63,317 bases of DNA, filler included, from Rhabdomonas costata (GCA_019059605.1; 36 parts of 36 records of this genome joined end to end with filler, not necessarily neighbours in it), one strand, 5' to 3'; positions 37,951 to 51,356 are shown, counted from the first letter of the whole stretch. A program made the numbers and translations. The notes: generated from the letters alone by a model not told the origin.

Positions 37951-38765
37951 AATCAGGCAAGTAGTAGTGTGGCACCCCACTCATACCACCCATCCACTTT
38001 ATATTCCATCAGATTTCATCCACATTTGGTGCCACTGCAATGAGAGAGATGTTGTCCACATTTAATGGTATACAACTCTGGATTGGGCTTACGCCAGTTC
38101 CGCACGTACATCTGAGTGCACTTATTGTGTTTTCATTCCTTTCCCGTGTTCAGTGCGCGGTAGCATTTCAGACCATTGGTCATCACGATGCTTCATTTAT
38201 TGACCCATCTCTCACGTCTCTCACGTCTGTCTTCTTAGACGGTCCACGCCTGGGTTTACTGTGGATCTACTGCATCAAAAAGAAGTTCTTGCCTCGAGGA
38301 ACAGCAGCCAACCATTATCCGTGCTTCACCATGTATTGATTCCACATCACTGTTCTTCCATCTAAACGACAGAGTACATGATCTTGCAGGGTTTTAGATG
38401 GCAATGCACGCGCGGTGGTGTGCTGGAGTAGCAGAACCCCCGCGCAACTTACTCTTTATTCCTCTATTATCTTGCATGAACCCCCAACTGGCTCTTGAGC
38501 TCGCTCTACATAAAATCAAACGAGGTGTTGCAGGCGCAGAAACAACTTGACAGTGCACTTCATCTAGACTCCAGCCAGCGCTTGCACATCATGAACTGCG
38601 ACGTCTCTCACGAAAATGTACGCGATGGCCATGAGCGACTTCAGAGCGATCTTGCTGCCGGAAAANNNNNNNNNNNNNNNNNNNNNNNNNNNNNNNNNNN
38701 NNNNNNNNNTTAATTAATTAANNNNNNNNNNNNNNNNNNNNNNNNNNNNNNNNNNNNNNNNNNNN

Positions 38766-39240
38766 GGTTGTTGGTGTTGTCGCAGCTCGACTTTGAGCGG
38801 TGGACAGTGTTGTTGTGGAGGTGGAGTGCCGTGTTGTTTTGCATGGTGTGAATGCTTTTCGTAAAGAGAATTGGATGTTCGTATCGTACAAAGTTAAGCT
38901 TTCTTGTGGTAAGAATCGTTCAGCTGGAAGAGCTGAGCCGTTGGAGTGATCGGACGTCGGAGGCAGAAGTGCATCCTCCGACAAGATTTTCTTAGTAGCT
39001 TGGAAGCGTGGTTAGTCGCAGAAGTTGGTAAGGAGCTCAGAGGAGATCGTTTAAAGAACAGAGATCAGTTGAAGGTGTTCAAGAAATTCGTAAATCAGTG
39101 CGAGAGCAGTAGAAAAGCGGGTTAGCAGCAGGCAGTTCGTAATGACAGTTGGTCGTTCGCGCTTCGTTGCGGGCACAATATGCTGTATGCCGTTTTCTGC
39201 TGCGGCATTGATATTTTCTTAGCAGTGTAGAATAATTCGA
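38766..39240 (+). pseudogene. Possible decayed tyrosine recombinase of a YR retroelement
   Basis: YKVKLSCGKNRSAG (a K-motif-like segment), LEAWL, and GGTCGTTCG(CG)CTTCGTTGCGGG, which reads G-R-S-L-R-C-G if 2 nt are removed (compare GHSLRxG). Contains stops and frameshifts. Confidence 0.3.
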
Positions 39241-39346
39241 CCGCATGCTGTTTTATCCGGACTTGATGATATTAACTCAAATGATTTTCTTGAATGGACG
39301 TTTACATTTCAATCACACTGTAGTAGGCTCGAAAACAACAACTCTA

Positions 39347-39471
39347 TGCTACCACGTGTCTCTTGCGTTTGGTCCTCATACCTCTTGCGGGTTGTCGTTT
39401 CTATGTGCTCCACTTCTGCTCCACTTATATTTCTCTAAGTGGGCGCTGCCTGGTTTAATTGGGTGGAAAAC
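39347..39471 (+). repeat. Retroelement-associated terminal-type repeat, homologous to 27951-28106
   Basis: Same colinear blocks as 27951-28106. Confidence 0.75.
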
Positions 39472-39929
39472 GGAAAACACTCACAGGTTGAGTTTCGCGA
39501 ATTTTACTTCTCTTCTGAGTTGATGTGAATCTCCGCCCATCTTTGTAAATCCTCACGAGAGTGGATCTTCTCAATTAATCTTGCTCTCCACTACATTTGT
39601 ACATTTATCTTTCTCTAAGACTTCAACTTGAGTTTGATATTTCAATTGGTTGAAGTCACATTCCCCGCTCAACAACTTTTACATCTCAACTCTCCTTCTG
39701 AAACTAAATCTGAACTCTCTTGTATAAAGATCCATAAGTACAGACATTTGATTTATCTGGATATATCGCGTCTTCGCCATCGTCTCCTGGATCATCCAGT
39801 CATTGAATGCCACACTCATCTTCACTCTCATATAGAAACAGCATACTTACGGATCTAGATGTCGCGTCTAGAAATGGAAGATGTTGCTGGAGTGTAACAC
39901 TAGACGTTATATACCTCTCTGATTGTTTG

Positions 39930-40426
39930 GTATATCCAGAATAAACGTTGTGTCAGTAATCTTCTCTACAGTTGTAAACTGTCCTACGGCTTTCCGCATC
40001 GGCATCAATGGATATCTCCAAAACATCCTCCATAGTGCTTCCTCTTGCTAATCTGTACATGTTGGTACATGTTGGTACGTGTTGCACACAAACCTTTTAT
40101 TCCAATTTCAACTAAAATTCGCTGCTTCCTTTAGCTTCTGTTCTTCAACTGCTTCATATTAGCTTTCATATTTACCAGGTATAGTAAGGGTTCAGTTTTA
40201 GCTCACCACAACACAATGGTGGTACACATAGCTGGGGTGAAACCTACTGTTCTTAGTGTTGGCAATTGTGCTGGTGTTTATTGCAATATCGGTACCAAAC
40301 CAAAACGTGCATCCACATATTCAATGAGTGCGCTTAAATCAATGCCGAAACACGCGTTGCATTGTAAGTCTCTCTGCCTTACAGGTGGTATGTTGATGGA
40401 ACTGCGATGACATCCTAAACTGTATA
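39930..40426 (-). mobile_element. Decayed Ty3/gypsy integrase C-terminal half
   Basis: SQFHQHTTCKAERL (compare FHPQTxGxAER), IAINTS..GFTP, and RKAVGQFTTVEKITDTTFILDIP, which is homologous to KAVGPFFIIKEIADTTFVL near 7530. Confidence 0.65.
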
Positions 40427-41501
40427 NNNNNNNNNNNNNNNNNNNNNNNNNNNNNNNNNNNNNNNNNNNNTTAATTAATTAANNNNNNNNNNNNNNNNNN
40501 NNNNNNNNNNNNNNNNNNNNNNNNNNGGGGTGTTGGAGACTGCCGTGGGTGCCGGGCCCTTGCGGTGGCGGAAGGCGTGGATGTTGTAGTAGGGCTGCGG
40601 CCCAGGGAGCGGGACAGAAGGTCGGAGAGAGGGGTCTCCGAGCGGGCCAAGCGGGATTGCGAACCCAGGGAGCAGTCTCCAGGGCTCGTCATATCATAGG
40701 ATCGGATCGCCAGAAACTCACTCAAGAAACTCACAGGAAGTTGAAAAATGGAACAGAACCAAGAAAAGCATGGAAAACGCTGTTCGAAAATCACCCCTCC
40801 CTCAAAGCATAAGGCAGTTCTTACCTTAGTACAAGCCACATGAGAAGCTTCAGGCAAAATAAAACAAACCAATTAACGCACTTGTTTGAGATTACTCTTT
40901 GGAATGAACAAATGTTTTTTTGGGGTTGTTTTCTGCTTTGAGCGCTTCAGTCGCGCTTGTACCCTCCTCACTCCCTCAACTGCTGCGAATTGACAAGCCA
41001 CTGTGTCGACAGAGACGAGGGGTCCCATTGAGCCATAAGACAATTTTTTGCGATGATCGACAACCACAGGGTTTAAGAGCACGAGAAAACTTGCAATATT
41101 TCTGAAAGGAACCACTCCAAAACCTTGACGATTTACCAAACCGAAGGGCTGATGAGACGAGTCTGCTTCCCGACACTGATCAGAAAGGATCCATCCACAA
41201 AGGTGACCGCGTATTCTTATGCTTTTACTAATATTAGTGCAATCATATTAGCCCTCGGCGTTTCTTCGAATCGGGTGATCATTTGATGTTCAACATGTCA
41301 CGATTGTCGGCTCAGTAAACATGCATCCTGGGTGGTAATCACAGCAATTCATTACACGCAAACTCGAGCAGTGCAGCACTGAGAAGAGCTGTGAACATGA
41401 CATGAAGGCAAAGAAGGTACACAACAAAGCAACTGAAGGAGGTTGCTCAGAATCGCACCAGCGGGGGTAGACCAAGTTACCCCAGAAGGAATGGCGATGC
41501 C

Positions 41502-41723
41502 TTAGAAGGCATCGCCCCGAAACGAAGACGACATGCCATCAGGCTTGGCGGCGGACCTTCGAGCAATCTCGGCGGCCGCCCAATCCGCCTTTGGGTCCCA
41601 CCGCGAGGCCCTCTTTACGACGTCCTTCCGGAACTGTACGCTAGCGCACCGGGGCAGGACCAGAGAGACGCTGGGACTGTAGATCGGGCCCGGGCTGCGG
41701 CCCCGCGAGCCCAGCAGATTGGC
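41502..41723 (-). CDS. Terminal exon with an SPGPxY motif, possibly a SHIPPO/ODF3-like ciliary protein
   Basis: An AG acceptor precedes ANLLGSRGRSPGPIYSPSVSLVLPRCASVQF... Only one repeat is visible. Confidence 0.4.
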   Translation of the reverse strand, partial: ANLLGSRGRSPGPIYSPSVSLVLPRCASVQFRKDVVKRASRWDPKADWAAAEIARRSAAKPDGMSSSFRGDAF

Positions 41724-42508
41724 CTGCGAGGTACAAAAGCAACTACACGGTTTTACTTTCAACTGAAGCAGGTGATGGGGTGCCTCAAGCTACGGAGATA
41801 TAGTAGCAATATTTGCACGCAGTTGGATGCAAGGGTAGCTGCAAAATCAAGCCCAACGAATGCTGCGTGGATATCGATATTGTACTCTCGATTCTATAAA
41901 GAACGAAGAAAACTGTGCCGACCCACAAGGTCTCAAGTAAACGTTGGGTGGGAGGTGGCAAGTGGCCTCTGCACGAAACCCCTAAGTAAGGGTGACCGAA
42001 CGCAATGCTCTGGACAAAACCGGACAGGAAACAGAGCGGCATCTTTCAGCAACTTTCTCCGTGAAGTCAGCAGTGAGAAAGATTGTATTTATTCCCAACT
42101 GGGCCCGACGAAACCACTTTTTCTGGAGACAGCTTCCGATCCACCCTTTTTATCACATCTTTCACCACCACCCCAAACACACCAACANNNNNNNNNNNNN
42201 NNNNNNNNNNNNNNNNNNNNNNNNNNNNNNNTTAATTAATTAANNNNNNNNNNNNNNNNNNNNNNNNNNNNNNNNNNNNNNNNNNNNGTTTTTTTGGGGC
42301 TAGTTGAGGTGTTGGTTGTTGAAAGTGTTGCGGCTTCTGCGTTCGAAGTTCCCTTTGCTTCATACTCCTCTTCGGTCATGCCTCGTTCCACGACACATCC
42401 CTCTTTTCTTTTTGCCTGTAACCGGCTTGCTACACGTTCTTTTCGCCTTGAAAGCTGCTTATAATCTTTTTATGCACCGGTGACTTCCGGCGGGTTGTTC
42501 AAACGCAG

Positions 42509-43402
42509 TTTATCGGGGATTGCATTATGGCACTGTGGAATGCCCCGAGGCGTCTGAAAAACCACGAGCGGGCTGCGGTTGCTGCGGCGCTGGAGATGCA
42601 GGGGCGGCTGGTGCAGCTGCACAGGAGCTGGGAAGCTGAGGAGATCCCTGCGATCAAGTATGGCTTTTACCCGGTATCCCGCTTCACGGTTGTTGATCTC
42701 TGGTCACATATTCTTCTGGCATTAGTTTACCCCAGTTCACCAATCCACGGTCTTATGCTTTTTTTTTGCTGAGCGAAACCGTGGCCTTGACCAGTCCTGG
42801 CACTTGCTGCAGTCCTTGACGTTGATTTAGGTTTGTTACGGAAAACTTCATCTCATCTCACGGGATTCCACGTTGTCACCTTTGCGCTTTCAGTCGGGGG
42901 GGGGGGTTCTATACAACTCTGTCTCGGAGAATTTTTCGCCAGCATCCCTTCCCATCTCCATGGGATCTTCTTCCGTCTTTTTTTACACAACTTTCTACAT
43001 TTACCTTGTCGAATTCTCCCAACTGTTCACCTGCTGTTGATAAATTGTATTGTACCAAAAATGGGGATCGGTTCGCGTTGCCATTCCTTTGGGCTTTGGG
43101 CTTGGGTGCCAGACGAAGGCAGGCAGGTAGGTGTGCGCAGGAAACGCTTAACCTGACTCGATTCCACGGTTCCGCGTTTTTGAAACGTTGGGTTCAGGTT
43201 ACTTTCCGCCTGGTGTGTCTGGTATGGGGCTTTGCCAACCCTATTTGTGTCTGTCGGTGGGCATGTGGGTTGGGAAAGATTTCGGATCGGGATCAACACG
43301 GACGCCGTGCTGGTGGGCAACTTTGGCTGCGCGCACCGCATCAACTACACCGTGCTTGGGGATGGGGTCAACCTGGCGAGTCGCCTGGAGGCCGCCAACA
43401 AG
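42509..43402 (+). CDS. Class III adenylate/guanylate cyclase catalytic domain, two exons (42509-42657, 43279-43402)
   Basis: [13 protein letters not shown]...AALEMQ|FRIGINT..VLVGNFG...[21 protein letters not shown], joined in frame by a phase-2 GT-AG intron. Confidence 0.92.
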
Positions 43403-44293
43403 GTATATGTCGGGCTCTCCTTCTCAAAACGTTGGGTTGAAAACGACTCGCGGTAACCCGAACCCCGTTATAACAGAAGAATAAGAGTTGCTTGCACAAT
43501 TCTAGCCTAAGAGTAGGTTTTTGGTATTATTTGTGAACCCTGTTCGCTTCCCTGCGTGCATTCTGCTTTGCGTGTCTTCCGTGTGATTTCCCAGCTTGGG
43601 CGAGCTCGCAACTTTTTTGGACTATGTGAACTGCGGAAATGCGGCAGGGAAGGGCATCCATTTTCCATCGCCCCATCTCTTCCCTCTCCCCTAGAAGGCA
43701 TTCCTCATTGTGCTGCTGTATTCACTTCAGCACCCCTCGAATCCAGACTTTGTATCAGACAATGGGGCACTCTATCTATGGATCTTAATTGTACCACTGC
43801 GCTGGGCACGAGAATTCTGGGGGGGGGTGCGGAATATTTGCTCTTCTGGGTCCAAAAAGAGCTGTGCAAGGGCCATTTCCATCCTTTCCATTTTTCAGAA
43901 TGGGTCCAGTAGAATTCCAAAGCTGAAAAGTGCACCTTCACCACCACCNNNNNNNNNNNNNNNNNNNNNNNNNNNNNNNNNNNNNNNNNNNNTTAATTAA
44001 TTAANNNNNNNNNNNNNNNNNNNNNNNNNNNNNNNNNNNNNNNNNNNNGGGTGTTGGTCCCGGGGGGAAGGGAAAGGGTGCACCCCCCGGGACCAATGAC
44101 CCAGGGATTCATTTTTGCATTTTTCACAGGTTTTTTTTTTTTTTTGCGATTTTTGAATTTTCCGGCCTGCAAATAGTGCCTGAAAAACTCCGCACAAACG
44201 GACCACCACGAAAGACAGACCTACGTGGGAATCACATCCCCTACTGGCGAAGAACTCCACCGCAGGAAACGCAGAAAGAAAAAAGCAGAATAC

Positions 44294-45318
44294 CTCTCGC
44301 TGCACTGCCCCAGGGGGGTAGGCCCACTGCTCACCATAGAGAATCGTGAAGTAGTCCTCTAGGAAGGCGACGAGAAAAAGGCCATTATTCAGTCCTCCGC
44401 AACACTGACGCAGCACAAGAACGCACAGAGGCGGTTATTAGACTGTGATTGGTAAGGCGGCGGGTGCTTGATGCTGTGCGGCGTGCCAGCTCAGTGGATG
44501 TGTCTGGCAAGCCCACAGAGCCAGTCCACACAATGCCATGTGCGACAGGTTCATCTGGCTCGCGCCTGCTGAGAGTATAGTGTGGACATGATAGGGGCGA
44601 TATGAGCTCACTAGTTCAAAAATCGCAAAGAGCGAATGAAAACGAAAGCGAGAACACCAGCGAGGAAGCGCCCTGTGTGACCCTCCGTGCCCACGGCCGT
44701 GCCGAAGATGATAACGTACTCCGAAAAAGAAGCATGCAGCACGAGCATGGAGCCCATCGCACCCCCCGCGTTGTTCAGCACCCACCTGAGGAATCCGCAA
44801 CCCGCACCGTCGTTTTCCCTAATAAAAGGGTTCTTCCCAAGCAAGATGTGAATGGCCAGCAAACAACAACATGGAGGGATCCTTGCATCCGGCCAAGAAC
44901 ACACATCGGCCCCATCACGTCTGACCCAAACGAGTCCTAAACAGAAATCAGATTCGGTCTCGGTCTCGGAGATAGATGAGACGAGGGCAGGTAGGAAAAC
45001 TGTGTAAATCATACGAGACCCTTGAGGTGGAATTGGGATGGGATGTCAGATGCTGATTTGGTCATCCCGGCCAGCGCAGCACAACACAGAGACATACTTT
45101 GGATTTGAACTGATGTAGCGGGGGTACCGCCGTTGCAGCTCCGTCACTACCGCCGCGATGATGCCCTCCGCCGTGTGGTTGGAATTCTTAATCCCGTGTC
45201 TTGCGATCTCCTCCATCGCCTTCGGGGTGAACACGTACTGTGATTCGTGCCCGATCAGTGCGTACCCCGCGGCCAGCACCGCGACCACAACACATGACAG
45301 AAAGGTACACACGTGCAT
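44294..45318 (-). CDS. ERG2: C-8 sterol isomerase / sigma-1 receptor family, first three exons (45318-45098, 44785-44658, 44358-44294)
   Basis: An N-terminal TM segment is followed by [53 protein letters not shown]. The GT-AG introns are phase-consistent. Confidence 0.9.
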
Positions 45319-45955
45319 TTTAGTGGGAGGCTGAAACCGGTCGGTCGTTAAAACAACGGCTAATGAAAGCCTGCACGCCAAAAAAAAAAAAGGGAAAAAG
45401 AAGGCAAGGCAACGAAGTTTCTGAAAGGACTTTCGACGAAACCTTCTTTAATGGCTTTTCGAAAAAAAAATTGTGAAAAGAAGCCAGTAAGCCAGTTTCA
45501 TTCATCCTCTCAACTCGCTGATGACCAAATGAGACATTTGAATCGATGCAAGTTTGGTTTCGATTACACAAAACACGTCAGGGAATCATGGTGAATGGCC
45601 CGCAGGTCGCAGTGAACATGTTCTACCCAATTCCAAGATCGAGTTCATCGGACGCATGAACCTTTTTCATGTGTGTTTTTCTTATCAAACAATAACGCAC
45701 ACCAACACCNNNNNNNNNNNNNNNNNNNNNNNNNNNNNNNNNNNNNNNNNNNNTTAATTAATTAANNNNNNNNNNNNNNNNNNNNNNNNNNNNNNNNNNN
45801 NNNNNNNNNGTTTGGTGTGAAGATATCGGGGCAACTGTGGTCTGCAGACGCACAGGTCGTGCTTCAGGAGTAGGGGTTTGATAGTGTGCGGCATCACATT
45901 GAGGGCATCCTCACCCAATGCTTTTGAGTGGTGTGTGTGTGTGTGTGTGTGTGTG

Positions 45956-47416
45956 CGATTGAGAGACGGGCTGACTGGACAGAAGAGCTTGAGTTCGAGC
46001 GGGATCTGGGAAGGGACGGTGAGCACATACACAACGGGTCGGATGCAGAGGAATGGTTAGAATGGACAGTGGAGCGCGAGATGGAGAGAACCACAGACCC
46101 CGGTGTGAGGGCAGGCTGGATCAGGCGAGAAAAGGAGCCCCCAAGAAGTGGCGAGTGGTAGCGAGGAGCCGAAAGCCTGCGGTGGGACAGAAGCAGCCCG
46201 GTTCAGCACGCGAGATGGGGAAAATGGCAGCGAGAAGTAAAAGATCAGAAAGGGAGTGAGGAAGCAATACGGAGGGCCCACAAGGCATGAAGGGCAAGTG
46301 GGGAGTGGGGAGAAGTGAGGTCCAGATGGCAGCAGGGACAGAGTAAGGTAACCAAGCCTGTCCATTAGGAAAGCGCGTCTAAGCCGTGTGGGATGGAGGA
46401 CCCAAACCCACAAGGGCAATAGGGCCCAAGGGGAAGTGTACGAGCGCGGAAGGTTGGGTACCCACAAATGATCTCTAAACGCGCCAGTCGGGGTTCCCAA
46501 GGCCCTGGGAGTCACATGGGGTAAGTCCACCCTACGTGACCAGACAGCGGGACAAGGTGAAAGGCCCGATGAGCTCATGCCCCATCGAAAGGTGGGAGCC
46601 TAAATGGGAAGTGGACCTCGAGTCCTCCCAAAGTGTGTGTACGGGGGTGGAGGCGAAGCGCTCCACAGTCGGATGCGAGCGTCTCCTCAGCTAAGAATCC
46701 TATGGACAAAATTTCCGCAATGCAGCCGCACAGCGATGCTTGGCTCTCCCAACAGTCACGTCCACGAATCCTCCTGCTGTTCTGACCGCTCAGCGAGAAA
46801 AATAGTACCCTATTGTGAGTGGCAGATGCACCTGTTGTACGTTCCTGGCAACATCTCCGGGGCATCAGCCTGCCGGCTTGATGCAATTCTTGGACACGGA
46901 GCAATACGCAATTGTGCACGCGCACCACAACGACCTCCAAGCTACAGAACGCTTCAACGGCAGCGAGGGGGTCCTGGGGGGATCACCCTACAGCAGCCCG
47001 AGTGCCGACCCCTTTAGAAGGTGAGGAAACAACACCCGAACGAGGGGCATGGTGTTCAAAGGCAAACGAGGCGAAAAGCACTGCAGTTACCAAGGAGCCA
47101 TGGAAAGGGGCGACCGAAGAATCCCCCCGTTCTTGAGAGAGAGAGTGTGTGTGTGTGTGTGTGAGATGGACCTTTCTCAGTCATCAATTAAGTGTTGACT
47201 GCTCGAGACTGTGTCATCTCCAGGCAACTTATGTCCCCAAGCAGGCGTTTGCTGGACCCCTTGTTCCACAGGGGAAGTCCTGGTTGGGGTAGGGCCAGAG
47301 TTGCCTTCACCCTAACGCCTAATCGAGACCAGCGTGTGAGACCGTGATATGGATTCGAGCCGACCTCGGAGCCTGACAGTGTCCGTACCAGTGTTCTCCC
47401 TTCGCACCCAGCTCAG
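45956..47416 (+). mobile_element. Possible decayed DIRS/TATE-like retroelement embedded in (TG)n
   Basis: Frameshifted EGWV..HK*SLNAP....ALGVTW resembles an RT C-terminus and ARKIV..CEWQMHLLYVPG resembles an RNase H C-terminus. (TG)n tracts lie at 45931-45955, 47145-47163 and 47416-47458. Confidence 0.3.
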
Positions 47417-48399
47417 TGTGTGTGTGTGTGTGTGTGCGTGTGTGTGTGTGTGTGTGTGGGCGCGGGTTTTCNNNNNNNNNNNNNNNNNNNNNNNNNNNNN
47501 NNNNNNNNNNNNNNNTTAATTAATTAANNNNNNNNNNNNNNNNNNNNNNNNNNNNNNNNNNNNNNNNNNNNGGGGGTGTGGTAACGAGGAAATATATCCT
47601 CGGGAAAGGGGTCTGGATGCGAGATGGTCTTTTGGTGGGATGTCTCTGTGCACGCGTGATGGGTGGATGGAGAACATGGGCACTAATGGGTTCCACTTCG
47701 GAATTGCGATTCCTACCTTTTCCGCACGCACATCCTTGGCCTCGTCATTCATGGAATAGTCGCCTCGCGTGCGTTCCTCAGCAATGGAAACTAGTGCAAC
47801 CCAAGAAGGGTGGCTCCTTATTGAGGCTGCTTGAAGTTCAAATACCAATCGGAGGTTGACAAAAAACAAAAAAGGGAAAAATATCCCATACGGAGCTCCT
47901 TTATGGAGCCTTTCAGTCAGACGAAGTAAGATGTGAATTTGTTGATTGCCTGCCGAACTTTGATCAAATTAGCACATGCTCACATTGTGTGTGGCGCGGT
48001 AGTGTCGATGGTCGGGGCTGCGCCTGAGGAGCCCGACGAGGTTCCCGGGAGGGAGAGCAGCGTTGTCGCTCTGCCTCCCATCACCAGCCCATCTTCTACG
48101 GCAGCTCGTCGCAGTGTGTGCCCCACACACACGCACACACACTTTCAGACTACACGAGTCGAACCCAAGTACGGCTGTTCTTTCAGCTCGACCTGTTTTG
48201 TTCTGTGTATCCAACACTCTTGGGATGCGTTTTCTCCGGTCATCCCGTGAGTTCGTTTTGATCCCGTGAAGAGCGGATGCTGAATGCAGTGTAAATGCCG
48301 AGTTGTTTGTACACACTCCCTTTCCCCTTCTCTCGACTGCACATGTGAACGAGCTTTCTTTTTTCTGTTTTTTATGAGACATGATTCTCTCCGTTCGGT

Positions 48400-48660
48400 C
48401 CTTCTGTTCTTTGCCGCATTCCTCCTGTTCGGCCTGTTGCATTTTACGAAGAACCTCATTCAACGCGTCTCTCATCTCAATCACCGGCAAGACCGTATCT
48501 ACACTACATGATGGGATTGGACCCATGTCTTGGACGAATGGAAATCGTAATGGGGAGGAGATCCGGGACCTCTGTTCCCGGATCACGGGATGTATGGCTG
48601 AAAAGTGTGGAATCGCGCGTTTGAAGTCCTTATCCATACCGAACAGGTTTTTGAGTCTTT
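48400..48660 (-). CDS. Exon(s) of a hypothetical protein
   Basis: Protein-like stretch RLKNLFGMDKDFKRAIPHF...VLPVIEMRDALNEVLRKMQQAEQEE within a 321-aa stop-free frame. Boundaries are uncertain. Confidence 0.35.
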
Positions 48661-49332
48661 GGTTTTGCGCGTTGGCACAGTAAGACCACGCATTTTTATT
48701 GCTTTTTTTTTTGCTTTGATTGCCATAGCGAATGTGTTGTGTCCTTTCCTGCGCCGTTATATCGCAAGGTGCTCCCTGCATCCTGTGAATCATCACATAC
48801 GAATGGATGTCATTAATTCGCTTCGTAAATGTTGTAAATGTTGCCGAATTAGAAAACATCCGTGCATCATGATAAGAACGGCGAATCCAGGGATTCTTAG
48901 TTAGTGTTCCGGATCCTCTTTCAACCTCGTGCAACCTTCAGCATGTTCTCTGACCCACAATGCCCTGCAATTCAATGTAACCTGTGGAAGGTCGTTTATT
49001 CACCAATGCCATCGAACCCCCCTAGAATCTGTTTGGTTCCAGACATCGGTGCTGTAACACTGGTAGTCACGATTACTTCTCCCTCATTTGTCCCCTCCTC
49101 CTTCATCTCTTCCTCGCTCTAGGTCCGGAGCAGACCTACCACCCCTCGAGCACGTTCTTCCCCGGAAGCACGGCTGGAATGATGTCGCCGGCCTCCCCTT
49201 CGGAGTCTCCCCCGACATACAGCGATCCCCACNNNNNNNNNNNNNNNNNNNNNNNNNNNNNNNNNNNNNNNNNNNNTTAATTAATTAANNNNNNNNNNNN
49301 NNNNNNNNNNNNNNNNNNNNNNNNNNNNNNNN

Positions 49333-49880
49333 GGGGTGGGTTTGAGACTTCAGGCCCAGAGCTGCATGGCTAGGCCGCATACTCGCCGGACCGTCCAGCT
49401 CCACAGAGAGCTGGCGAAGCGAGCACCGCGCAGCCTGCACCTGTTCCTGAGAGACGTTGAGCGAAGCGGTGCGCAGAGCCAGTCGCTCGCACAAAGGGCG
49501 CAGCCGGCTCAGCGTCCCCGTCATCGTCTGCAGCAGCGCAGTGCAGGGCTTCAGACTTGCCCTCAGATAGGTCCCCCGAAACGATACAGAGAGGGTCCGC
49601 AACATCAACGCTGCGGCGACAGCAGCGGTTGAGGGTGATACAACGGGACACGGAGCCTTCGAGGGTCTCTCAGCGAGACTTATAAGAGCGGGAACCCGCT
49701 CCGCGGACTCGCTGCCGGCGTCCTGAAACGCGCTGAGTGCGCTGAGACAGATGTCGGCTGTCTTGCGATCTCGGAAGCGGTTCAGCCGCGAAGAGATAAA
49801 CGTCACCTCTTCGGCGATGAAGGGATCTTGGAGCAGCAGCGGAGGGCCCTCCACAGGGCTGCTGGGTGCCGTCCCTTCTC
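49333..49880 (-). CDS. Long exon of a hypothetical protein running off the contig
   Basis: A GC-rich open frame of about 180 codons (LLLQDPFIAEEVTFISSRLNRF...). No family recognised. Confidence 0.5.
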
Positions 49881-50506
49881 CCGTGATAGCCAAAGTAAAC
49901 GCACATGCCAACAAGAAGGCATGGAGGAGCCCTGACATGCACTCAGATAGAAAAGCAACAGTATGCACCATTTCTGTGCACTTTTTAAAACAGAGGAAGG
50001 GTGGACACGAAGCCACAAAAGCAAAGCCCCAGGAAAAAAGAGGGGGCTGAAACAAAGGGAATCCAGCTGTGGGATTCAGTAGTTTCGGAGGATTTTCGAT
50101 ATTTTAAATGAGCGGCGATCCTGCATTTCGAACAAAAGCCTAACGAAAAAACTGTCGGAGAAAACACGAATATGAACCACAAACTCCGCCAAGCTCCGAA
50201 AAGAAAGTATAAAAGGAAAGTCACGCAATGTCAAGTCCAAGTTGGGGACTTCGGAGACCCGCAAACGAAAGCCACTCTTCAACAACAACCTCCAGTGCAT
50301 TGAGTCTGTACACAAACCCTCACTTTCCAAAGGTTCCGCACGAATCAGATTACAGGGGCCCCAAGGTCCCCCACGGGACAGGGAGCAATTGGTATCAACC
50401 CCACAGCCTCTGCTGAACACAGCAGAGTGGCTCAACGGGATTGCGGTACCCGCTCATCCACGACGCGGACATGGACGGCGGCTGGGCATCAGCGGTTTTC
50501 TGCTCC

Positions 50507-50621
50507 TCACTGCATGCAGGACACGTCGTCGGTGTAGTCAGGGAGCACATCGGCCTCCGTCGAGCGCTCAGTGAGAAACACACGGCTGCTCCGAAAGGCG
50601 TAGAACAGCAGCTCGAACTCC
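50507..50621 (-). CDS. Short terminal exon of a hypothetical protein
   Basis: A cag acceptor precedes EFELLFYAFRSSRVFLTERSTEADVLPDYTDDVSCMQ*. Confidence 0.4.
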
Positions 50622-51356
50622 CTGTGCATGAGGATATCACAACCGGTTGCTCTTTCAGTCTTTGCATGTCCAGGTGCAGGTGTGGCGCCCCCCCCCCCGG
50701 GGGTGACCGCTATTAAGTTAGGTTTGATAGATCGCAGCACTTTCGTATGATATTTCATGAGCCTCAATCAGTCCAACCTTACACTGCATAGCAAGCTTTC
50801 AATAAATATTCTCAGAGCGGGCAGGATCAACCAAAGATGCGGAAAAAAACAGAATTCTGGGTGGACGAGTGAGTGGTACACCAAAACTTCAACAAAAAAG
50901 GGCTGGAAGTTTTTACTTCCACGAGCAGCCACACAGGAGGCAAAGGGAGACCCACAAAGCGCAAGAAACAAGCTGCAAAAAAAAAAGCCAGANNNNNNNN
51001 NNNNNNNNNNNNNNNNNNNNNNNNNNNNNNNNNNNNTTAATTAATTAANNNNNNNNNNNNNNNNNNNNNNNNNNNNNNNNNNNNNNNNNNNNTTTTTGTT
51101 TGGGAATACTGACACTATATACCTGAATCCATTTTGTAGACGATGTTAGCATTATCCGTCCTGAACTATTCTGTCCATCCGTATACGTACGACAAAACCT
51201 TGAAACCATATTGAACATTCACCTTCCCCTTTGCTCGCATTTTTGTTTGCCTTTCGGATTCAAGACGTGCTTCTTGGGAATTCTGGTGACATTACTCAGA
51301 CGATGTTTTGTTTTGCTTCGGTCTAAGAGAGGTTTTTTTTTGCGCTCGACGCTCAG

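Noticed and set aside
9013..45318. Apparent lipid/sterol gene cluster (PMK, WS/DGAT, ERG2) or signalling cluster (kinase, cyclase, histidine kinase)
   Set aside because: The genes lie on different contigs that are adjacent only because of length sorting.
47340..47380. GGATTCGAGCC as a tRNA or SINE B-box
   Set aside because: No A-box or cloverleaf could be built around it.
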